This document shows, in pieces, positions 35,192 through 45,979 of a stretch of 64,000 nucleotides of DNA. Position 1 is the first letter of the stretch; every line of letters begins with the position of its first letter. The DNA is taken from IMG/VR virus record IMGVR_UViG_3300018080_000112, positions 32,001-96,000 of that record. One strand, given 5' to 3'. The stretch comes from a virus. The notes under the pieces are model-generated. The model had not been told where the DNA came from, ran no database searches, and saw only the letters and a list, made by a program, of their open reading frames with translations. Both the position numbers and the translations under genes were made by a program.

Positions 35192-35518
35192 TTATCGGTT
35201 GTTGGCGGCGGAAGCAATCACGGCGGCGGCGAGTGCAAGGCGATGCTTGCAGAGAAATCCGTTCTTGCTATCGACACATTGACAGACACAAGAACCATCT
35301 TCGCGGAGAGTGGGGCTGTAGGTCTCACCACGCGAACCTTTGAGAGTGATCCAGGCGACCTCACCGAACGCGAACAAGCGGCGATTGTCCATCACCATTT
35401 TGAAGATATCTTTGGCGCGGCGAACGCGGCGACCGTTGGAAGGGTTATTGTCAGCGGCTTGACGCCCACGGTTGCGGATTGTGATGGCGGCTTGTTTAAG
35501 GTCGGTTGAGATGTTCAT
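35192..35518 (-). CDS. SWIM zinc-finger protein
   Basis: 'GSRGETY..CVCQCVD..LCKHRLAL' (CxC..CxH). Confidence 0.75.
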   Translation of the reverse strand: MNISTDLKQAAITIRNRGRQAADNNPSNGRRVRRAKDIFKMVMDNRRLFAFGEVAWITLKGSRGETYSPTLREDGSCVCQCVDSKNGFLCKHRLALAAAVIASAANNR

Positions 35519-36093
35519 GGTCTGGCTCCTGTTTCACGTTGCCGTGCGGCTCCTTGTGCCGGTTAAAAAAACAATTCCCTTGAAATAGTGAGGGCAAGAC
35601 TTTTTTCTGACTCTGATCAGATCACCCTTTTTCTGTGTGTTCAGTATAGGATTGGGGGATTGGCGGGTTCTGTCTTACAAAAACAGTGGGATCGCCCGTT
35701 CTAATAATTTCAGGTATTTGGATATCCAAAAGTGCGCCGGTCTCCCAAGGCGAAACACCAGCCGGGGGCTGTTCAGGTTCGTACAAGATTTGTAGGAGTG
35801 ACGGCTACAAGATTCGACCAAAAACCACTGAACAAAACCACGAAAATAGGTCTCTCCAGCGGGATCGGCGGAGAAGGGTAGTCAAAAACTGTTGACAGGG
35901 GTGCAGGATCTTATAATATACGAAGTGTCATTGAACGTTTCTAGTTCGATCTGTCTGTATTCCCATGAAGCTTCGAAAAAGTCCTTGGCTGGTTGCTCCT
36001 CCCCTGGTGACCAGCCAAGGCACCCCTTTATCTAGCTGATATCATTAGATCCACACTGGTTAGGTCCTAACCTTTTGGGTACAGCGACAAAAC

Positions 36094-36306
36094 GCCCGTA
36101 TTATAAAGGGCATATCATAACGACCTACCTGTAAAATCACCGTATTATATGAGCCGTATCATAATGACCGTATTGTTCGGCGGCGACTCTCATACAGCGC
36201 CGTATGATACGACTGTTTTATCAGGAACTCCTTTATGATATGACGCTTGTCATACAGGACGTTTTACCAGATAGGTCCGTATAATATGAGCTTTATAATA
36301 CGGTCA
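36094..36306. repeat. Cluster of TATNATA short repeats (right border of the island)
   Basis: About 8 CCGTATYATA / TATRATAYG cores in both orientations; same family as 28720-28915. Confidence 0.7.
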
Positions 36307-36574
36307 CTTTGGCGGAACCACGGGCGCGGCGAACTACACTTGCAGAGTCGTCACTTCGGCGGCTAAGCGTGCGCGGCGAATAAAAAATACAGAGGTTGTG
36401 CGAGCGGGGGTGCCGGGGGTCTGGACGGGGGGCACCGTCTTTTTTGTCGTTTAGTGGTCTTTTTGGGTTAGTTTTTGTCGTTTAGTGGTCGTTTAGTGGT
36501 CATTTAGGTTGGGTCATTTTTGGTTGGTTTTGGTTGTTTGTTGTGTATTGGGTTAGTCATTGTGTACGTATCTA

Positions 36575-37312
36575 TCAGTGTTTAAGGAGCACCTTTTCGA
36601 ATCGTGAGTGGTTAGAGTGTTGATAGAAGGCGAGAACTTGTTCCCATACGTTAGAGGCTGGTTGAAATTGATCCCATGGAATAGAGACGGTAGCGGAGAA
36701 AGCTGAGATAGCTTGGAGGAATTGTTGGTAAGCTCTTTCGAGAAGGTAGAGGTATTGGTTATTGGGTTCCAGTAGTTGTTGTTCGAAGGGTCTATTTCTT
36801 TGTTGAATCCTTTCTTTCAGAACGTGTACAGGAACATCTAAGTAGATAATGAGATCGGGGTATGGTCTGATAGATTTCATGATGTTAAAAGTGCGTAGGT
36901 AGAGTTGATAGAGAGTCTTTGACATGTTACCGATTTGGTAATTCAGGAAGGCAAAGACGGAGTCTCCATCGGTGGATCTGTCAGTGATAGCTCCTGGTAT
37001 TTCGTTAGTAGCGATTTGTGTGGTAGCGGATCTTTCGAGTTCGAGTCTGATGGTAAGCATTTGAATTTGCATTGGGAAGGAGAAGGCTTTTTGGTCTCTA
37101 TAGAAATCTTCGAGTAGAGGGTTTTTATGTTTGGAGGTAGGTTCTTCGAAGCATTTGTATTCGAGTAGAGAGGCGAGTTGATTGGCGAAGGTAGTTTTTC
37201 CTGCGCCGATAGGACCTTCAACGGCGATATATTTGGGGAAAGGTTTATTGGGTTCATCCATCCACGAGTGAGTTTGAAGGTCACTGAGGTTATGAAGTGG
37301 TTGTGTAGTCAT
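36575..37312 (-). CDS. Deoxynucleoside kinase
   Basis: 'IAVEGPIGAGKTT', 'FEEP', 'DRS', 'PDLIIYLD' and 'RIQQRNRPFE'. Confidence 0.9.
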   Translation of the reverse strand: MTTQPLHNLSDLQTHSWMDEPNKPFPKYIAVEGPIGAGKTTFANQLASLLEYKCFEEPTSKHKNPLLEDFYRDQKAFSFPMQIQMLTIRLELERSATTQIATNEIPGAITDRSTDGDSVFAFLNYQIGNMSKTLYQLYLRTFNIMKSIRPYPDLIIYLDVPVHVLKERIQQRNRPFEQQLLEPNNQYLYLLERAYQQFLQAISAFSATVSIPWDQFQPASNVWEQVLAFYQHSNHSRFEKVLLKH

Positions 37313-38723
37313 TGAGTGAGTTTCCTTTGTGTGTGGTTGTGATTTTGGTGGTGTAATCCTTGTGTTTGGTGGTGTCTTAGATCATAGCTTGTTTTGTAGT
37401 TTGTGGGCAAGCGGATAAGTAATTTTGTGGTAATTTTGTGGTGGTTGGAGTCGTGGTGTTGAGTATGTTCGGAGCGGGGCGGCTATGGTTAGAGGCGGGA
37501 CGCTGATGGGGTTAGGAGGTGGAACACCGATAGGGTTAGGACCTAACAATTTGGTGTTTCCCATCTAATCTTTCGGTGTTCCACCTCTATGATTTTAGGT
37601 GTTTCAAATGTGTTTTGTGTTCATTTTATCGATTTAGTGGCGTGGTGCTGTATTTACTGCGGGGGAGTTAGATCGTCTTGTGTAGGTGCGGTGGAGGTAT
37701 CTGGCGGTTCATCTGTTTCTGTTTGTTCGGTGGTTTGGTCTTTTGCATATAGGAGTCGATTTGGTGTAAGTAGATAGAGAGTCAATTTGGCGAGAGTTTC
37801 TGGGGTCATATGTGAAGCTGGTATGACGTTGGTTTTGGATTCAATCTGAGCTTTGGAGGGTATTAGCGATTCAGCGTGATCGGGTGTAAACCAGAGAATG
37901 ATGTTGGGTGATATTTGTGTAATTTTGGCGAAGAAGTCTTTGGTGTAATCATCGAGCGGGTGGTAATCTTGGCCGATCATAATGGTCAGATTCGCTTGTG
38001 ATGCGAGTTGAATTTGGTGATTGTAATGGAGGTGTCTGAGTCCATAGATTCGTATCAATTCAGTGGGGAAGAATTGGAGGTCAGAGGGTAGTGAGGAGCG
38101 TAGGAAAGAGAAGGTCAGATCGTGATCTGGCGCGAGTGTATTGTCGATAAATTGTTTAAGCTGGTAGCGAAGTTTTTCGAACCAGTGGTTTGTTTGCGCG
38201 TCACCGAGACACGCAATTTTGAGGGGTTGTTTCATGGGGTTGATCTCCGGGTCATTGTGAAGGTTGTCTGTTTACTTTGTGGGTATTGTTTCTGTTGGGG
38301 GTGGTAGCGGGAACATTTCTTGTTGCGAGATAGCGGGTGCAGCTTGGATGTGATTCGGGGCTTGAGACGGGATGTTTGTGGGTATTTCAGGAAGGCTCAT
38401 TTTCTGTTCTTCGGGGTTCTTTGTGTAGTGATGTTTGAGTTCTTGTCTTCTCCAGGTCATCATTTGAGGGATCAGCATGATGGAGTGTTCGACCGCTTCG
38501 ATGGGTGCGTCAAGAGCGGACGCAATTTCATCTGGTGAGAATCCTCTTGTGATATAGGGTAGAAGTTGTTCGGGGTAGAGTTCTCTTTCGATGGGTTCTC
38601 CGTCGTGAGTGAATCCATCCCATACGGCGCAGAAGGGGCATTTCTTATCTACTAAAGGGGGCATGTTGTTCGTGGCTCCTGTTCAATGTGTTCCATTCGT
38701 TGTTGGGGGTCCGCTGTTCCATT

Positions 38724-39326
38724 TCAAGGCTATTGATCTTGGTTGTAACATCCTGGTTCGAGGTTGTTGATCATTTACACTTCAAGCCGCAAGGTTGTTG
38801 ACTGAAAACGTTGATCTTCGTTCAAGGTTGTTGACTATATGTTATACCAAATCGCAAGGCTGTTTCCCCTATCTCGGGAGTAGTGCAAGGCTATTAATAG
38901 AGACACATGTTTTGTCAAAAGCGTACCGTTTTCGGGTACAAAAGTTTGCAAAGCTGTTGACCATGCGGAACTTCGCTGCAAGGCTGTTGATCGATGTTCC
39001 CGCCATAAACAAGGCTGTTTCCTTCTCGTAGCACCAAGCGAAGGCTGTTGACCGTTCGGAATGCTCTTCAAGGCTGTTGACCATTCGGAATGCTCTTCAA
39101 GGCTGTTGACCATGCGGAACTCCGCTTCAAGGCTGTTAATGATGCGGTTGTAGTTCAAGGCTACTGACTCCAATTGAGGAGCGGTTCAAGGCTTGTTGAC
39201 CGTAATCCTACCCGTGGTCAAGGCTGATGATGATGCTCTCACTTCTTTATCAAGGCTGTTTTCGTTACAGTTCCTTTCCGTCAAAGGCTGTTAACTCCGT
39301 TTGAGGGGCATTTGCAAGGCTATTGA
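38724..39326 (+). repeat. Phased TCAAGGCTGTTGA box array D (~19 units)
   Basis: Boxes from 38724 to 39314 at ~28-34 bp spacing; one 63-bp gap (38885 to 38948) contains a promoter-like motif. Confidence 0.88.
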
Positions 39327-39850
39327 CGAAGGGTGCTAGGGGTCGTCTTCACATTCCACGCCATAATGTACATAAGGGAGAAGCGCGGCTCTTGTGAACT
39401 GGTCAGAGTTGACCAGATCAAGCTGTATCTGGTGTTTGCACCGGGGGCATTCAAGGATTACTTGACTCAAGGGAAAGGGTTGACCGTGTTGTTTCTGGAA
39501 CGCTTTCACGTAGATTTGTTGCATGAATGTTCCGCAACAAAGGACACGGAACAGGGTGCGATTGACCATCGCTTTGGCGGTGACCTTTGGGGGTGTAGCA
39601 AGGAGTTTACTACCGTGGCGCGGTGGTTTCAGAATGGTCTCTTTCATGATCTTACCTATGATTTCAGACAAAACGTTTGGGGGCGTTTGTCAAACGGGTT
39701 GTTACTTAGGAGTAAGCTAAGTAAGCTAAACCGATTCTAATAAAATCGGCATGTTATTGGAAAAAACAAGCTAAAAAGTAAGCTAAAAGTTAGGACCTAA
39801 CCAATTTTAGTTTACTCTGTGAGCTTATCAGAATGAGCTTGCGAGTCTCC

Positions 39851-41602
39851 TTAGAACGAGAATGAGAAACCGCCGCCCTTTCTTTCAGATGCAAACACGG
39901 CGAAATTGAGCGCGTCAAGGCTGTGGGGGTCCATTCCGACCATGTTCCATCTCATTCTATAGCGCCCGGTCTCTTCTTCGACCTCGACCTTCTCACGAAC
40001 AGGACAAGCGAAGTGTGGATATGCGTGGGTTCGCATGATCGGATAGTTGTCTTTGCGACCGCCGCCGTAGGGGTGACACTCTTGTACTTGCTTGTCTGGA
40101 TCAGGCCAAACCATCTTCTTTTTGACAATCAGATTAATGGTGTAGCCAATGGATTTGTAGAGATCCAGGTACACTCGGCGTTTGGCGACTGTTTCCGGGC
40201 GAGCTTTCTTGTGCTTCTTTTTGGTCTTGCCTTCTTCCCACGAGACCATATCGTTGTATTCGTTTGAGTAGGCAAGGATCACCTTTCTGGGATAGTCGTT
40301 GGCGAAGTTCAGCGCGTCGTTACTGTGGGGCATAGCGTCCACCACACAGACCTCAACATCAAACTTTTCTAACAGTTCGCCAGTGCGTTTCCAGGGGTGA
40401 GAATCTTCGATGATCTCGAACCAAACGATCCGCCGCTTGTCGCCTTGTCTGTTTATGATAAACACGTAGTTCATGTTCATCATTTGGTCAACACCCATAT
40501 AGTTCACGCCGATATAATCGCCCCAAACAGCGAGAGGATCAACGTTGTTGTCAAGGTCTTCCTCTTCAATCGGCTTGTTTGTTTTGTCTACAAAGGGGAT
40601 GCCAAGCATATGGTTGTAGAACTCTTTCATGTCCGTGGTGTTCTCGTATTCGAACATGATTTCATCTGGCGTTGTCTTGCTACTGATCAGTTGGCTGATC
40701 TGGAATCCGGAGTTCGCATGTCCGGGGTTGTGTGCGATGTAGCGACCGCGTTGTGTGTTGACCAGTTCCGTTTTGCACTTCTTACACTGGATATAGTACT
40801 GACCTTTCTTCGGTCCCTTGGTGTGTCTCGCCATGCAATTCGGGAATTCCGTTGCCAGTATTTGTTCGCAATTGCAAGCGTGACAACGGGTGTAGAACCA
40901 CTTCTGATCCGTGTTTAGAAAGAGCTTATGAATATCGCCATTGGGATAACCAGCGGTAGAAACGTGATGTTTGTAGCGGTAGGGGACTGACGCAAGCACG
41001 CGAGCGTAGGCTTGAAAGATCTCGCTGATTTTGACAAGGCGGACCTCATCAAAGAAGAGCGCGTTCATGGGGACGGAGTCTTTGGTGGACTGACCACCCA
41101 TGTAGAGGAAATAGAGAGACGATTTCCCCACGGGGCGGAGATCTTGACGCTGTTCCTTGGAGTAGGGGCGTAGGTCGTTGCAAGATTTCATCAGGGGGAC
41201 CACGCGATCCTTGACCACGCGCCCGATACCTTTGGAGTCCGGGAAGTAGAAACCGATCTTGATCGGGTGGTCAAATCCCCACGAAGCGTGAAAGAGAGAC
41301 ATGTGGAAGGCTTTTAGCATCATGTAGATGGTTGCACCCATCTGCGCCGCCTTCATCAGCACAACGTACTCTGAGCGGTCAGAGAAGAGCGGGTACAAAT
41401 AAGCGTGACCGGCAAAAGAGAACGGGTTCTCATCGACCTCCACGCCGCTATGTTCCGCCCACAAGGGGAGTCGTCTCTTCATGTAGGCTTGCATCAGCTT
41501 TGGAGGGATCTGGCTTGCCGTCAAGACCTTCTGTGTCTGTTCTGTTGTTGGTTGTACCACCGGGCTTGCAACCGGTTGAATGAGGGGTGCAGAAGCGGAC
41601 AT
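39851..41602 (-). CDS. terL: Terminase large subunit (lambda gpA-like family)
   Basis: 'VVLMKAAQMGAT' Walker A, 'FFDEVR' Walker B, 'VSTAG' coupling motif, CxxC pairs, 'GFQISQL', 'FYNHMLGIPF' and nuclease 'MGVDQ'. Confidence 0.88.
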   Translation of the reverse strand: MSASAPLIQPVASPVVQPTTEQTQKVLTASQIPPKLMQAYMKRRLPLWAEHSGVEVDENPFSFAGHAYLYPLFSDRSEYVVLMKAAQMGATIYMMLKAFHMSLFHASWGFDHPIKIGFYFPDSKGIGRVVKDRVVPLMKSCNDLRPYSKEQRQDLRPVGKSSLYFLYMGGQSTKDSVPMNALFFDEVRLVKISEIFQAYARVLASVPYRYKHHVSTAGYPNGDIHKLFLNTDQKWFYTRCHACNCEQILATEFPNCMARHTKGPKKGQYYIQCKKCKTELVNTQRGRYIAHNPGHANSGFQISQLISSKTTPDEIMFEYENTTDMKEFYNHMLGIPFVDKTNKPIEEEDLDNNVDPLAVWGDYIGVNYMGVDQMMNMNYVFIINRQGDKRRIVWFEIIEDSHPWKRTGELLEKFDVEVCVVDAMPHSNDALNFANDYPRKVILAYSNEYNDMVSWEEGKTKKKHKKARPETVAKRRVYLDLYKSIGYTINLIVKKKMVWPDPDKQVQECHPYGGGRKDNYPIMRTHAYPHFACPVREKVEVEEETGRYRMRWNMVGMDPHSLDALNFAVFASERKGGGFSFSF

Positions 41603-41634
41603 GAGGACCTTGCTCCATCAGCCGTTGGGGGCTG

Positions 41635-42192
41635 TCATTTAAGTAGCCAAGCGTCTTGTATGAGGACCTGATTGACCACGCCGGGTTCAAACAGACCTTC
41701 AAACGTGACAAGGGACATTTCCTTTTTCCAAACCGTTAGCTGTTCAATCAAGGGGGCGAGTCTTTTGTTTCCAGTGACCAGCATAATGTGATCAATGGTT
41801 GGCGCTATGTTTATGATGTGCATGGTGATGAACATGTCTTGTTTGCCATGTTCCACGACCTCCACTTCATAGCCAAAAGAGCGTAGCGCAGTAATCAGCG
41901 GACCATAGACCTTCTCGCTCCCTTGTTGAACAACAAAGGCTTTCTTTAAAGTATAATCGCCAGTAATGGAGCAATTTTCAAGGGCAAGAGAGGGAAGACG
42001 CAAGAAATCCAGGCGGGATTTTCTTCCGTAGAGTCGGCGTATGCCGTAGGAAAGTGATTGTGCGTCAATAAACAATCCGATTCGTTGTAATTCGCCGGGT
42101 CGTTGGGTCCTTTGTGGTTTTCCGGCTCTTACTTTTTCAGATTGTTGTGTTGACACTTGCACTGTGTCATTAGGTTTTTGCATGTTGGACAC
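41635..42192 (-). CDS. NYN/LabA-like (PIN fold) protein, possibly degenerate
   Basis: 'GLFIDAQSL', 'ALRSFGYEV', 'KQDMFITM' and 'LVTGNKRLAPLIEQL'. Confidence 0.6.
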   Translation of the reverse strand: MSNMQKPNDTVQVSTQQSEKVRAGKPQRTQRPGELQRIGLFIDAQSLSYGIRRLYGRKSRLDFLRLPSLALENCSITGDYTLKKAFVVQQGSEKVYGPLITALRSFGYEVEVVEHGKQDMFITMHIINIAPTIDHIMLVTGNKRLAPLIEQLTVWKKEMSLVTFEGLFEPGVVNQVLIQDAWLLK

Positions 42193-42280
42193 GTTGGAAT
42201 AATTGGATCGTCCTTGTACATATCACCGCCGGGTTGAGTTGCCGGGGGTGCCGTTGTTTCTGGTTTCTGGTTGTCGTTGT

Positions 42281-42835
42281 TCATTCCTTTGTTTCTCCCA
42301 TCCCGAACTGACCAGCCAGTTCTGGGTTCTGGATAATCATATCCATTTTGAGCCAATTTTGTTCGAGTTCTTCACCCCACGCATCACACAGATATTCCGG
42401 CGGGGGTCCGGCGGGTCTCACATAGATACAGATCCGGGGGTAGCTTCCATGTTCTGCGATAAATTTGCGCGTGCGAACCGCCACAATTTGTTTGTCGTCT
42501 TCCCAGAGTGTGCCGTTTAAGCCGTCAAAGACCGCCTTCACAAGGTTGTCAATGTCTTCTCCGATACCGCGCCAGAGAATGTTCTTTCCGTGCTTTGCAG
42601 GGTGCTCTTCCATATCCTTCGGACGCTTGAAAACGAAGTCCAGATCAACCGCCAACGTTTCGCTCAAGATAAAAACGGGGTAATCTTCGCCATAGCCGAG
42701 AGTCCGCTCTATTTCCTTCTTGATCTCTTTCTCGAAGTTGTCCGTTCTTGCGGGTGTATAGGTCGTTCCTGTCTTGCGATTGAAGCGGGGTCGCCCTTTT
42801 GCAACCGGTGCGAGTCGTAGTTCAAATCGAAACAT
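42281..42835 (-). CDS. rusA: RusA-family Holliday junction resolvase
   Basis: 'PVAKGRPRF', 'TYTP' and 'DIDNLVKAVFDGLNGTLWEDDKQIV'. Start set at MFRF (42835) after a GAGGGG RBS. Confidence 0.9.
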   Translation of the reverse strand: MFRFELRLAPVAKGRPRFNRKTGTTYTPARTDNFEKEIKKEIERTLGYGEDYPVFILSETLAVDLDFVFKRPKDMEEHPAKHGKNILWRGIGEDIDNLVKAVFDGLNGTLWEDDKQIVAVRTRKFIAEHGSYPRICIYVRPAGPPPEYLCDAWGEELEQNWLKMDMIIQNPELAGQFGMGETKE

Positions 42836-43969
42836 GGTTATCCCCTCTTTCGACGCACTAGAGTCGGAAGAGAAGAGCGCCTTTGTTGCGTTTGTTGTTG
42901 TGGTTGTGGTGCCGGTTGATTGTCTTGCGGCTGATGGCTGATTCCCATGTTGGGATCTTGCGCTTGTTGTTGTGCCTGTTGTTGCTGAATAAGCGCCGGT
43001 GGTGTGTTGCCCCACGCATCTTGCAAGCGACCGTATTGATCGCGACCTTGCCAGCGGTCCTGATAATCTGAGCGCCGATATCCGCCGCGCTTTCCCTGTA
43101 CAGGTTGTCCGGTGTTCGGGTCTATTGTGATCTCTCCGGTAGGATCTCCAGGAGCACCGGCGTTGAGATCTTCCATCCAGTTTTGTTGTGTGATGTTCTG
43201 CGCCGCCACTTGTGGGTTCCACACTTGCACCGGTTGTGCTTGTTGTATCGGGGTTGTGATGCTCTTTGTCACTTGATCAAAAGGCATACCAGATTGCTGG
43301 TTCGCCATCATGTGCTGGTCAATAGGAGAGTTCTGAACAATCTGGTTATTTTGTCCGCTTCGTGGTCGTGGGTCGAAATTGGCAAAGTGCGGCTTTCCGC
43401 CCTCCTGTACTATCTTTTCTGAACCTCTTTCGAAGCGGTCACGGGGTCTCTCGTTGAGCTTGGCTTGCAGTTCTGGGGGAATAGGGGGACGCGCATGTTG
43501 TTCGCCGTAGGGGTCTTGATAGGCTCGCTGTTGGGTCTGTTGTTGCGATACCTGGTCACGTCTTGCACTACGAGAGAGCGCCCTTCCTTGAACAATCTTC
43601 ATCTTGACCTTGGTTTGTCCGCCGCCTTGCCCGAGTATTTTCTCGACAGCACCGACAGAACCGGGCGCAAAATGTGATTCAGGAAGGTTGAATTGTTCCC
43701 CGATAAACGTAACACCGGGAATTGGTATGATAACCCTTCCTTCTCGGATTATGATGCTCATAGCTCTTTCTCTCCTTCCGGAGATCGTAGCACATCTCTT
43801 TTGCGGGGTAACAATTTTTGTTGTTTTAGGGTCCAAACGTGATTGTTAGGACCTAACCTTTGGATGGCAATTGCGCCAAATAATCTTTGTCGCATGGAAA
43901 AAACCTCCATTTCTATCCCTTGGTGTGTAAAAGATTAGCGAAACAAAAGAAGTGATGGGAGTTTGTAAC

Positions 43970-45979
43970 CTACACACCAAAACAGCAAGATGATCCGTTC
44001 ACATCTCGTTCAACCACTATACCGTGATTAAATCGCTGATTCAACTGTTCATTGTGGGTGACTACAATTGTGGTGTTGATCCCTTTTCTCTTTGAGACAC
44101 AATGAAGCAACTCCATCATGTTCTCAACTCCCGCCTCATCGACGTTTTCGAACACTTCGTCCAGTAGACTCAAGCCGAGACCTTGACCACGCGCCAAGCT
44201 GAGATCTTGCAACGCCAGCGCAAGGGGAACATCCAGCCGCCGCTGTTCGCCACTACTACAGCTTTCATAACGCACGTTCTCACCGGTCTTTGTCTGCACT
44301 ATGATGCTGATCTTTTCCCGCTTCTCACCCTTGGCGGTCTCGCTCTGAATGGACAACTGCGCCACAAGCTCGCCGCTGGTCATAATGTCGGCATACTCGA
44401 ACAGTCTCTCGTTCACCTCTGGAAGTAGATTTTCCAGGAGAAAAGAGCGGATTCCTTTGGTCCCGAACACATTCACAAGCACGTTCAGCTTTTTGATCTC
44501 CTGGTCAACTGCGTCTCTCTCTTTGCGGGTCTCTTCTTCCTTCCGAACGTGCTGTTCAAGCTCTTTTCTCTCGCTCGCCAATAGCTCTTCAAAGGGGGAT
44601 ATTTCTTCTCGTGTTTGCTGTACACGCTCTTTCAGCGCATCAATTTCGTGTTGTTTATGCTCCTGTTTAAAAGCCCATTGGTCATAGTTGATCTTTCCCT
44701 TGTACAGGGTGTCATGTTGCTGATCCAGTTCCCAATAACGCTTGGAGAAGCGCTCTTTCTCCGCCTCTATTTCCCTCTCAATATTGCGCTTATTCACCGG
44801 GAGTGTTTGACAAACGGTGTACTGTTTGGATTGTTGGTCAACCAAAGAATCTATTTGTTCGTTTAGTTCCGTAGAACCGGGAAAAACAGCATCATCCACC
44901 GTTTGTCCACAAGTAGGACACGAACCGCTATCAATGAGCTTTGACCGGCGATTCACTTCCTTCTCTAGCCCACTTCGTTCCGCTGTTATTCGAGCGTACT
45001 CTTTATCAGCGTCGCGGATCTGTTTTTCCAACGGGGGGATCTTCTCTTGTAGCTCTTTGATTGTCTCCTGATGGTTATCATTCTCCGCCGCCAATTGTTT
45101 CTTCGCTGCATCGATTTGCTCTTGTGTCACACACGGCGGCTCCTTCTCCGTCGTTCTTTCCAGGTCTCGGATCTGGTTGCCAAGCGCTTCAAACTTGGCG
45201 CTTCTGTCACGGGTCCACTGGTCTTGTCGTTGTACCAGGTCAATCAACCGGCTCCTCTTTTGGTCGATAATCTCCAATTGTTGGATTCGCTTGTTTGCCA
45301 GTACCCTGAGTTCTTCCTTCTCCTCTTTGCGCCGATCCTTGGCGATCTTTTCCGCCTTCGTGTAGAGATGAATCTGCAAAATCTCTTCCAGTAGCTGTTT
45401 TTTTGCGGTGTCAGATAGCCCGGAAAAGCACGGCATTCCGCCTTTACCGAACAAGGTCACTTGACGGAACATGTCACGAGACAAGCCGATCAGCTTGATA
45501 ATCTTCCGCTGTGTTTCGTCCTTGTCTGCGCCGCGTAGATCTTGAGCCACTAGGGTGGGTTTATCCATCAGCGCAATCGGCTCCTCTGTGAGTTCTGGCG
45601 CGTCCGGGTCATTGTACAGCCACAAGAACAGTTCGTTCTTGAGCTTTGGATGGGAGTGGAAGCGTTCAACCTGGTAGATCTCTTTTGTCTGGGAGTTGAC
45701 AAAGGAGACAATCGAGAATGTCCCTTTTGTCTTCTCGCCAGCTTGCTCCAGGATTGACGCTCGTGTGGGTATTTCCTTCGAAAGGATGTTCCGAAGCATC
45801 TTTCCATAGAGCGCGAAATAAAGCGCCTCAAACAACGCGGATTTGCCAGCACCGTTATTGTTCTGACTGGTAGATCGGTGGTTGATACCGTACAAGCTTA
45901 TCAGCCCAAGATCTAACAGGTCCAATTGCATCTTTATGAAGCACAAGAAATTCTGTGCAAGGACACGAATAATGTACAT
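43970..45979 (-). CDS. sbcC: SbcC/Rad50 (T4 gp46-like) SMC-family ATPase
   Basis: 'NGAGKS' Walker A, coiled coil with a CPTC zinc hook, 'SSGEQRR' signature, 'LLDEVFENVD' and 'VVTH'. Confidence 0.92.
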   Translation of the reverse strand: MYIIRVLAQNFLCFIKMQLDLLDLGLISLYGINHRSTSQNNNGAGKSALFEALYFALYGKMLRNILSKEIPTRASILEQAGEKTKGTFSIVSFVNSQTKEIYQVERFHSHPKLKNELFLWLYNDPDAPELTEEPIALMDKPTLVAQDLRGADKDETQRKIIKLIGLSRDMFRQVTLFGKGGMPCFSGLSDTAKKQLLEEILQIHLYTKAEKIAKDRRKEEKEELRVLANKRIQQLEIIDQKRSRLIDLVQRQDQWTRDRSAKFEALGNQIRDLERTTEKEPPCVTQEQIDAAKKQLAAENDNHQETIKELQEKIPPLEKQIRDADKEYARITAERSGLEKEVNRRSKLIDSGSCPTCGQTVDDAVFPGSTELNEQIDSLVDQQSKQYTVCQTLPVNKRNIEREIEAEKERFSKRYWELDQQHDTLYKGKINYDQWAFKQEHKQHEIDALKERVQQTREEISPFEELLASERKELEQHVRKEEETRKERDAVDQEIKKLNVLVNVFGTKGIRSFLLENLLPEVNERLFEYADIMTSGELVAQLSIQSETAKGEKREKISIIVQTKTGENVRYESCSSGEQRRLDVPLALALQDLSLARGQGLGLSLLDEVFENVDEAGVENMMELLHCVSKRKGINTTIVVTHNEQLNQRFNHGIVVERDVNGSSCCFGV

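Noticed and set aside
38272-38664. Possible terminase small subunit (HTH-like 'GFSPDEIASALDAPIEAV')
   Set aside because: There is only a weak HTH hint and proximity to terL, which is not enough to assign it.
39711-39790. AGTAAGCTAA short repeats (also AGTTAGAAGCGAAGC twice near 31130, and TGGGATTGGAGCGGA twice near 34530-34605)
   Set aside because: These are real local duplications next to palindrome sites, but there are too few copies to support a separate function.
42836-43222. N-terminal 129 aa of the track ORF 42281..43222
   Set aside because: It overlaps the Gln-rich ORF 42838..43836 in another frame; RusA similarity and the RBS begin at 42835.
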